This document shows, piece by piece, positions 38,681 through 45,453 of a stretch of 64,000 bases of DNA. Numbering within the stretch: position 1 is the stretch's first letter; every line of letters begins with the position of its first letter. The stretch is from positions 3,843 to 67,842 of the forward strand of contig JAFGXQ010000133.1 of assembly GCA_016936575.1 (NCBI GenBank). The letters run 5' to 3'. The DNA is from Deltaproteobacteria bacterium. GTDB lineage: Bacteria > Myxococcota_A > Polyangia > JAAYKL01. The translations under genes were made by a program, and so were the position numbers. The notes under the pieces are model-generated. The model did not search any database and was not told the origin of the DNA. It was given only the letters and a program-made list of their open reading frames with translations.

Positions 38681-39784
38681 ATGATCAATTCTCGATTTTA
38701 TTGGTTACTTGCACACGTTCAAGAATGTGCAGCAAAAACGATAGTAGGATGTGCTTTGCTGGTTATTGTCGTCGTCGCAATGGGATGCAACGCCAACAGC
38801 CCCGGAGAGAGTTCGGATACAGATTCTGAAATCCAAGGCGACTCGGATACTTACCCAACCGCGGACACAGACGCGGACACAGACACGGACACGGACACGG
38901 ACACAGACACAGACTCGGATACGGACACGGACACAGACACGGACGCAGACACAGACTCGGATACAGACACGGACTCGGATACAGACACGGACTCGGATAC
39001 GGACGCGGATGCGGATGCGGACGCGGACGCAGACACAGACACAGACGCGGACGCAGACACAGACACAGACGCGGACACAGACGCGGACACAGACGCAGAC
39101 ACAGACTCGGATACAGACACGGACTCGGATACGGACGCGGATGCGGATACGGATACAGATTCAGATACGGATACCGACACGGACACAGATACAATGCGCG
39201 ATACAGATACCGACACGGACACGAATACCGACACCAATGAGCAAAAAGGATGCAGCGACGGATGCCAAGATGGGGAGTACTGCAAGACCGTTGTGTGCGG
39301 CGATACGGACGGGGTTTGTACAGAAAAACCCATTGGGTGTTTGACGATATTTGATCCTGTCTGCGGCTGTGATCATCAGACATACGATAATGACTGCACT
39401 GCGGCTGCGGCAGGGGTGTCCATTGACTATAAGGGCGACTGCGCGGCGGAAACCTGTTCGGGCGATGACGATTGCGGTTTGAACGCCAGTCCGTATTGTC
39501 ATTTTTCTTCTTGTGAGGAAGAGACCGGTCATTGTCGAGTAAAACCTACCGATTGCACCGAAGAGTTGGCCCCGGTGTGTGGATGTGATGGCATTACATA
39601 CGATAATCGATGTTTCGCCGAATCGGAAGGTGTGTCTGTGGCGTATTCAGACAGATGTTGGGGCGATTATTGCTGGCGCAATGACATGTGCCGTCCACAA
39701 GAGTATTGTGCAATATATGGGGATGCCGAAAGTGGGGTATGCACAATACGTCCTCCATCACCCGAGGAGAGACACTATAAGTAG
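38681..39784 (+). CDS. Secreted lipoprotein with a long (Thr/Ser-Asp)n repeat and two Kazal-type inhibitor-like domains
   Basis: Signal/lipobox (VVVAMGC); about 125 residues of DTDTDSD repeat; two copies of the Kazal signature ([30 protein letters not shown] and [30 protein letters not shown]). Confidence 0.65.
   Translation: MINSRFYWLLAHVQECAAKTIVGCALLVIVVVAMGCNANSPGESSDTDSEIQGDSDTYPTADTDADTDTDTDTDTDTDSDTDTDTDTDADTDSDTDTDSDTDTDSDTDADADADADADTDTDADADTDTDADTDADTDADTDSDTDTDSDTDADADTDTDSDTDTDTDTDTMRDTDTDTDTNTDTNEQKGCSDGCQDGEYCKTVVCGDTDGVCTEKPIGCLTIFDPVCGCDHQTYDNDCTAAAAGVSIDYKGDCAAETCSGDDDCGLNASPYCHFSSCEEETGHCRVKPTDCTEELAPVCGCDGITYDNRCFAESEGVSVAYSDRCWGDYCWRNDMCRPQEYCAIYGDAESGVCTIRPPSPEERHYK
38862..39232 (+). 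repeat. Coding hexanucleotide tandem repeat (GACACN/GACKCG)n encoding a (T/S/A-D)n linker
   Basis: About 370 nt of near-perfect 6-nt periodicity (gacacggacacagacgcggac...) inside the Kazal-lipoprotein gene. Confidence 0.85.
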
Positions 39785-39801
39785 CCCAAGCAATATTGTG
39801 T

Positions 39802-40855
39802 GCACGACTGGCACGACTGGGGTCGGCACGACTGGGGTCAGGTGTGGACAGTTGACACTTGACGGGAGAGCTGATAGACATCCACCATGGCGAGAACAGT
39901 AAGAAAAGATTATTCCGGTGCTTGGCATCATGTGATGAATCGTGGTCGAAACCATGAAAATATTTTTGTCGATGACAACGATATGGTTGAGTTCCTTTTT
40001 ACTATTGAAAACACGATTGACAGATATGATATTGAGGTTCACGCGTTTTCACTGATGCCGAATCATTTTCATCTTCTGGTGCGCAGCCGGCATGGCAATT
40101 TGTCGCAGGCGATGAAACATTTGGGTTCGGTATACACGCTGTCCTACAATCGGCGTCACAATAAGGACGGCACGTTGTTTCGCGGCCGATTTAAGAACCA
40201 AGTGGTGAAGGACGACGCATATCTGATGTACCTTTTTGCTTATATTCACCTGAATCCGGTACGAGCGGGCTTGGTGTCACGAGTTGACGCGTTGCTCAGC
40301 CGGACAAGCTATCGGCGATTGCTGGGCAAAGATTCTGAACCGAAGTGGCTATCGACGACGGGAATGCAGCAGGTGTTCGGCAGCGCAGATGAGATGAAAG
40401 AGCTGACCATGCGGCTTCACCGCAAGTCCGAGCCGTGGCCGGAAGGAATGAGGCGCGACGATGGTTGGTTTCTCTGGAATTTGTGTTCGGCGCCGGGCAA
40501 GCCGGTTGATATTGCTCCGACTGGAGGACACGTAGAACTGTCGAAGTTGTTGAATGAACTTTGTGACATTACCGGGGCGCCTAAAAGCCGATTGACAGCA
40601 TCCGTAATGGGCCCCGGCGGCAACCCGGAACGCAGATTTGCCTGCTGGGCATTATTTCACGGTACGTTGATGACACAAGCCGAAATCGCAAAAGCATTAA
40701 AGCAGACAAAAGCACAAGTGGCTCAAAACATTCAAAGATGCAAAACCGGAAACGAACAATTATCCGCTTGGAAGACCCAATGGAAAAAACGCTACCCCGA
40801 AAAAGTGTCAACTGTCAACACTTGACCCCAATTCGATCCGACCCCAATTCGATCG
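39802..40855 (+). mobile_element. IS200/IS605-like (Y1/HuH transposase) element, or a domesticated derivative, with repeat-containing ends
   Basis: Left end has cacgactgg(ggtc) three times (39802-39839). Right end has gaccccaattcgatc twice (40824-40855), which is close to the reverse complement of the left repeat. ACACTTGAC lies immediately on both sides of the ORF. Confidence 0.5.
39887..40825 (+). CDS. IS200-like Y1 (HuH) transposase-domain protein with a C-terminal DnaA-like HTH extension
   Basis: HuH motif MPNHFHLLV and the catalytic-Tyr region (YTLSYNRRHNK...RGRFK), typical of the Y1_Tnp / RAYT family; 312 aa with a C-terminal helix-turn-helix-like tail (QAEIAKALKQTKAQVAQNIQR). Confidence 0.7.
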   Translation: MARTVRKDYSGAWHHVMNRGRNHENIFVDDNDMVEFLFTIENTIDRYDIEVHAFSLMPNHFHLLVRSRHGNLSQAMKHLGSVYTLSYNRRHNKDGTLFRGRFKNQVVKDDAYLMYLFAYIHLNPVRAGLVSRVDALLSRTSYRRLLGKDSEPKWLSTTGMQQVFGSADEMKELTMRLHRKSEPWPEGMRRDDGWFLWNLCSAPGKPVDIAPTGGHVELSKLLNELCDITGAPKSRLTASVMGPGGNPERRFACWALFHGTLMTQAEIAKALKQTKAQVAQNIQRCKTGNEQLSAWKTQWKKRYPEKVSTVNT

Positions 40856-40964
40856 CGACCTCTAAATGCCCGAAGTGCGCTAAGTGCGACAACCATCCTA
40901 ATTATTTTGGTTTTTCCGTTCCGCTGTTGAATCAATGAATTACGGAAAGGAGAACTTGTGGGAT

Positions 40965-42506
40965 TTAGAACTGCGAAATGAATTCCCAACTCTCTGCTGG
41001 AGCCCATGTTTCCCATTGGCCCGGATCCACAGGCATGTCGGTGTGCTGTCCATCGAAGGTGGCCCAGCGCACAGGATAACTACTGGGGCACTCGTAGTCG
41101 TAGGTGACATGGCTGCCGCCGGCAATAGCCTCCAGCACGGTACCCGGTACAACACATCCGTTATTGGAGACAAACCGATCTTTGGATTGCTGCCCGGACC
41201 AGAAAGGACAAGTCGGATCGCTTAGGCCGTGCACGCCCATATATGCCAGGGGTTCACCGGTGTTTTCGGGGAAATAGATGTTGTAGTCGGCAGTGGCATA
41301 AACAACAACCCCGCGCAAAATATTCTGATGCGTCTGCGCCAACCCATTGGTGTACATGGCGCCAAAGCTGAAGCCCACCGAAAAAACCCGTGAGACATCG
41401 ATGCACAGATCTGATTCAATCATTGCGTACAATTCTTCAAAGAAAATGTGGTCTTTATCATCTGATCGCCACGGCCAACTGTCTGTGTATCCCTGAGGAG
41501 CAACCCAAATGGTGTTATTTGCCGAATCATACGGTTTCAGTCGATAATACTCGGAGTCAACAACGCCGTTCATGCTGCTGCCCATACAGTGCATACCGAA
41601 GATCAACCGGTAGGGGTTGTTCGGATTGTAATTGGCGGGAATGTCGATAATGTATTCTCGATCGAGTCCGGCACTTGACATATTATGGGGGCCACTGGTC
41701 AAGGTCGGCGAAGAGTTGCCGCATCCATTACTTTCAACGGGGGTATTCCCCAGTTCATATCCATCAGAATCGGAATCCGTATCGGCATCGGTGTCGCTGT
41801 CGCTGTCCGTGTCGGTATCGGTGTCAGCGTCTCCGCTGCCGATGTCAATCCAGTTGATGTTCACATTGCCGGTTTCCTGCACTACGCGCATGGTGTGGGT
41901 ACCCGCGCCGATGGCCACGTTGCCGACACCGACCACATCTGAATAGACCTGCCATCCGTCAGTGGGTGCAACAATGGAACCGGTCACATCGCTGCCGTCG
42001 ATTTCAATATGTATGCTGCTCGCCGCCACGTCGCTTGCCAGCCGGGTGGAGATACTGAAGTTTCCACCGTCTCCCGCGTCGATGCAGTATTCCAGCCATT
42101 CATCGGCCACGGTCCATCCCACGTTGCACCCACCGCCCGCGTTGTCCTGGGTGGTTTCCAAGTCGACGCCGTCGCCGCGATCGCAACCGGCGCCTTCGTT
42201 GATTGCGTCGCTTTCGGAGTAATTGATGTAATCTTCGGCTTCAATCCGAGCCGGGATACTCACACAATTATCAGAATCACTGTCGGTATCGGTGTCCGTG
42301 TCGGAATCCGCATCCGTATCCGCGTCTGTATCGGAATCGCTGTCTGTGTCTGTATCACTGTCCCCATCACTGTCCCCATCAGAATCGGTATCACTGTCAG
42401 AGTCGGTATCCGCGTCGCCATTGCCGGTTTCGCCGTTATCCGTACAGCCACCCGCGATGAAGAGCCCCAAAATCATCAAACTCCATAATAATATTCCTCT
42501 AATCAT
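40965..42506 (-). CDS. Secreted lipoprotein: (S/T-D)n linkers + CBM6-like carbohydrate-binding module + alpha/beta-hydrolase esterase (PHB-depolymerase/LpqC-like) domain
   Basis: Lipobox FIAGGCT and two Asp-Ser/Thr repeat tracts. The CBM6/35-like region (RIEAEDY...GWTVADEWLEY...THTMRV) sits between the tracts. The C-terminal esterase fold has a GxSxG serine (GFSFGAMY) and the HG region MGVHG. Confidence 0.65.
   Translation of the reverse strand: MIRGILLWSLMILGLFIAGGCTDNGETGNGDADTDSDSDTDSDGDSDGDSDTDTDSDSDTDADTDADSDTDTDTDSDSDNCVSIPARIEAEDYINYSESDAINEGAGCDRGDGVDLETTQDNAGGGCNVGWTVADEWLEYCIDAGDGGNFSISTRLASDVAASSIHIEIDGSDVTGSIVAPTDGWQVYSDVVGVGNVAIGAGTHTMRVVQETGNVNINWIDIGSGDADTDTDTDSDSDTDADTDSDSDGYELGNTPVESNGCGNSSPTLTSGPHNMSSAGLDREYIIDIPANYNPNNPYRLIFGMHCMGSSMNGVVDSEYYRLKPYDSANNTIWVAPQGYTDSWPWRSDDKDHIFFEELYAMIESDLCIDVSRVFSVGFSFGAMYTNGLAQTHQNILRGVVVYATADYNIYFPENTGEPLAYMGVHGLSDPTCPFWSGQQSKDRFVSNNGCVVPGTVLEAIAGGSHVTYDYECPSSYPVRWATFDGQHTDMPVDPGQWETWAPAESWEFISQF
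42262..42425 (-). repeat. Coding (GAYWCN)n tandem repeat encoding an Asp-Ser/Thr linker
   Basis: gtatcggtgtccgtgtcggaatccgcatccgtatc... with 6-nt periodicity; a second, shorter tract lies at 41757-41835. Confidence 0.8.
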
Positions 42507-42690
42507 ACAAAACGCTCCTTCCTGGAATGGTTGTAGCTAATCACGGGCATCCCAAAGCCCTTTTACCATCCATATTACGTTGTGGGGAATCTGAACCAAG
42601 AATGGGTGGAACTGTAAAATCAATACAAACAAGATATATAATCATTACCCGCATGTTTAATTTTTACGGTCACCTGAAAACATCGTTACA

Positions 42691-43029
42691 TTGGTTGAAT
42701 CCCTTGTGGTCAGCGCGGGAAAACTCGTCGCGAAAGCGTTTGCCAAGACGGTTCTTACCGAAACCGGTGAGCAAATGGCCCCAAAGGAAATCATTGAGGA
42801 GGCCACGAAGAGAACGATCAGCCAAGCAGAAAAAATGGCAACGGTAAGAGCAACGGGTAAAGCCGGCGAAGCAGGTGCAAATATAGTAAAAAATACTGCA
42901 ATAATTACGTCCCTCACGAAAACAGACAAGTACCGTGTTCCTGATGTACTAGATCATGCAAGCCGAATAATTGGCGAGGTTAAAAATGTTAAAAGCCTTT
43001 CATACAATTCAATTGTGCGACTTTCTTGA
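42691..43029 (+). CDS. Small protein with a C-terminal PD-(D/E)xK-like motif (possible orphan nuclease toxin module)
   Basis: 112 aa with a non-ATG (TTG) start. C-terminal YRVPDVLDHASRIIGEVKNVKS fits a PD...(E)xK restriction-endonuclease-fold active site. It lies in an AT-rich stretch upstream of a HEAT-like repeat protein. Confidence 0.3.
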   Translation: MVESLVVSAGKLVAKAFAKTVLTETGEQMAPKEIIEEATKRTISQAEKMATVRATGKAGEAGANIVKNTAIITSLTKTDKYRVPDVLDHASRIIGEVKNVKSLSYNSIVRLS

Positions 43030-43143
43030 ATATGCAAAGCAAAAAGGATATATATTCGAATTGTATGTCAGACCGACAACGACTTTGTCCGGACCTCCTC
43101 AGGACGCAATTAAAGCAGGCGATATAGTGTTAAAATTTTTGCA

Positions 43144-43848
43144 ATGAAAAAAAGAATAGACACAAATTCCAAGACCGCTGCCGAGCTACTTGCGGAGCTC
43201 CAGAACGACGAGAGTTTCGTTCAAAAGACGGCGATCAAAAAAGCGCAAAAAGAGCAGAATTCAAGAGAATATCGCCAAAATGCGATGCCGGTTCTGGATG
43301 ATTTGAAATCAGCAGGCTTTCATGTGAGCAACATCCGGGAATTGAGAACAAAGAAGTTTAAATCAGCGATTCCCGTGCTGATCAAGTGGCTGCCCAATAT
43401 CTCTGATGTATTTGTCAAAGAAGACATTATTCGAACCCTATCTGTACCATGGGCCGGCGCCGCCGTTCCCGTTCTGCTTCGAGAATTCTCTTCCACGATA
43501 GATGAGACCAATACCGGAGTACGTTGGGCAATTGCCAACGCGTTGGAAGTACTCGCAGACGATGAAATATTTGATGAGCTCGTCCTATTAATAAAAAACA
43601 AGTCATTGGGACGATCGAGAGAAATGCTTGTATTGGCTTTGGCAAAAATGAAGCGTCGTCGAGAAGACAGTATTCAGCTTCTAATTGATCTTCTTGCCGA
43701 TAAAGAAGTATCGGGATACGCGCTCAGCGCGCTGCTGAAATACAGGGCGAAAATACCGGCCAGCTATATATCGCCTTTTTTGAACAGCCCTCAGACCTGG
43801 ATCAAGAAAGACGCCGAGCGCTATCTGGAAATTTTGGAAGCCGACTGA
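43144..43848 (+). CDS. HEAT/ARM-like repeat protein (candidate immunity protein)
   Basis: 234 aa, all-helical with repeated about 30-aa units (AIPVLIKWLPNISDVFVKEDIIRTL / AVPVLLREFSS... / ALSALLKY), low GC, and no catalytic motifs. Confidence 0.4.
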   Translation: MKKRIDTNSKTAAELLAELQNDESFVQKTAIKKAQKEQNSREYRQNAMPVLDDLKSAGFHVSNIRELRTKKFKSAIPVLIKWLPNISDVFVKEDIIRTLSVPWAGAAVPVLLREFSSTIDETNTGVRWAIANALEVLADDEIFDELVLLIKNKSLGRSREMLVLALAKMKRRREDSIQLLIDLLADKEVSGYALSALLKYRAKIPASYISPFLNSPQTWIKKDAERYLEILEAD

Positions 43849-44167
43849 GTCTGGTGGTTTGGGGAAGATGAATGAAGAGAATCCTCATAACGGGTGCCCT
43901 CATAACGGGCGCCGGAGTCACTGAAAATTGCGTCACTGAAAATTGCACCTAAAATCTTCTTGTCGAGGTGAACATTTAGGAAGTACAAAAGCCATTTCGC
44001 TTCTACCTTCCATTCAGCAAAATGGCCGATTTTTCGTCCAAACTTAAGTTCATGTCCGTAAAAGTAGTATTCATCTGCCTTCGTGTGTCGTTTGTCCTCC
44101 TTCACTCCTGCGGCGTTTCGGCGGATTTTCGACTTCGGCGGATCGACAAATTCGAATATGGGTTGAA

Positions 44168-44467
44168 ATGTTTGTATATTTATTGAGAAGCCGAGATTGG
44201 CCGGACCGGAAATATGTTGGTGTGACGTCGAATTTTGAACGCCGATTTGAGGACCACAACCAAGGGAAAAATTACGCAACGTACAAGTTTCGTCCGTGGC
44301 GATGTGAGGTGAAAATATGGTTTGAACGCTCGCATATGGCAGAGCAATTTAAACAATATTTAAAATCTGGAAGTGGCGCACAACATCGCCCATGTTTCGG
44401 CCATTCAGCCGAAGTGTTGCGCTGTTCTGTCGAGGTGTGCTTATGTTCAGTTGACGGGCGACGTTGA
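44168..44467 (+). CDS. GIY-YIG nuclease superfamily protein (small stand-alone URI domain)
   Basis: MFVYLLRS...RKYVGVTSNFERRFEDHNQGK matches GIY...YIG...R...EHN, with the typical C-terminal KIW.ER...AEQFKQYLKSGSG. Confidence 0.65.
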   Translation: MFVYLLRSRDWPDRKYVGVTSNFERRFEDHNQGKNYATYKFRPWRCEVKIWFERSHMAEQFKQYLKSGSGAQHRPCFGHSAEVLRCSVEVCLCSVDGRR

Positions 44468-44489
44468 TGCACGCGCATAACCTGCTCTG

Positions 44490-45452
44490 TTAGAATGGCC
44501 CCACGTGAAGGCGGTAGGTGTTCCAGCTGACGCCGCCGCGGCCGTCGTTGGCTACTGCCCAGAGGGTGTAGTCGCCGGCTTCGTCGGGGTTCCACTTGAT
44601 TATATCGAGGGTGCCGTCGTCGTTGGTCATGGTGTAGGGCATTTCAAATTCACCGCCGGTGGCGTACCACGAAATGTACGGCCGTTCGGTTTTCACCAGC
44701 GGTTCATCAAATCGCACCACTGTGTAACTCTGCGTGCTTTCGGGGGTGAAGGCCGCGTCCACGCTGAGACCGCGGTCGCACTTGTTATCCACACATACAA
44801 TTTCATTCACTTCATCACCGGTCACAACCGGTTGCAGCGCGCTGTTGTTAATCGTGACCGTTTGGATGGCCGGTGCGGTGTTGACATCGTCGTTGAAGGT
44901 GCTTCCGTTGGCAACAGTGATGTTTTTGTACATCGATACGGCGTCGCCGTTTCGGCAGAGCGAATCAATATTGGGTTCCGTAGACGCCAGCAGCGCATCG
45001 GCGTCGGGCAACGTACCCCCGGCACACATCAGAACGATGGCGGTGAACACCGCTGATTCCCCTTCGGGAATCATTGAAAACAATGAAGGCGGCAGCGCGG
45101 GAATCGTGAACGAATCGCCCCCGTCCGCGGCGTCGACAATCGTCGGCGGCAGCAGCGTTGCGTCCACCGGTTCGCAGTATTCATATCCGGTTGCCGCAGG
45201 AACATCTCCGAGACAGAATACCCAGGCGAACTGCGTATTGCGGGTGGCGATTTCGGGGTCATGCCACAGCACCTCAACGGTCACCGCCCCGGTGTGTTCG
45301 GGGCGAATTTCAGGCGGATTCACAGCAACTCCCAGGACCCGCAGTTTGTCCACTGTCGTTACTTCCGATAACTCATCGGCGCAGGACGAAAGCCCCATCA
45401 TTGCTGAAATCAACAAGCTGAAAATGAGAGTATTCTTTGTATAAGCGTTCAT
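44490..45452 (-). CDS. Surface lipoprotein of unknown function, cotranscribed downstream of a TonB-dependent receptor
   Basis: Lipobox MMGLSSCADE; 320 aa with no enzymatic motif. Its start lies 2 nt after the receptor gene stop on the same strand. Confidence 0.6.
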   Translation of the reverse strand: MNAYTKNTLIFSLLISAMMGLSSCADELSEVTTVDKLRVLGVAVNPPEIRPEHTGAVTVEVLWHDPEIATRNTQFAWVFCLGDVPAATGYEYCEPVDATLLPPTIVDAADGGDSFTIPALPPSLFSMIPEGESAVFTAIVLMCAGGTLPDADALLASTEPNIDSLCRNGDAVSMYKNITVANGSTFNDDVNTAPAIQTVTINNSALQPVVTGDEVNEIVCVDNKCDRGLSVDAAFTPESTQSYTVVRFDEPLVKTERPYISWYATGGEFEMPYTMTNDDGTLDIIKWNPDEAGDYTLWAVANDGRGGVSWNTYRLHVGPF

Positions 45453-45453
45453 G

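Noticed and set aside
38860-39240. Possible CRISPR-like array, given the regular repeats
   Set aside because: The unit is 6 nt with no unique spacers, and it lies inside a coding region that translates to (T/S-D)n. No cas genes are present. This is a coding microsatellite, not a CRISPR.
38751-39383. Alternative-frame ORFs (197, 206 and 160 aa; Arg/Thr/Gln-rich or Ser/Val-rich) across the hexanucleotide repeat
   Set aside because: They arise from the 6-nt periodicity that keeps every frame open. Only the frame with the signal peptide and Kazal domains is a coherent protein.
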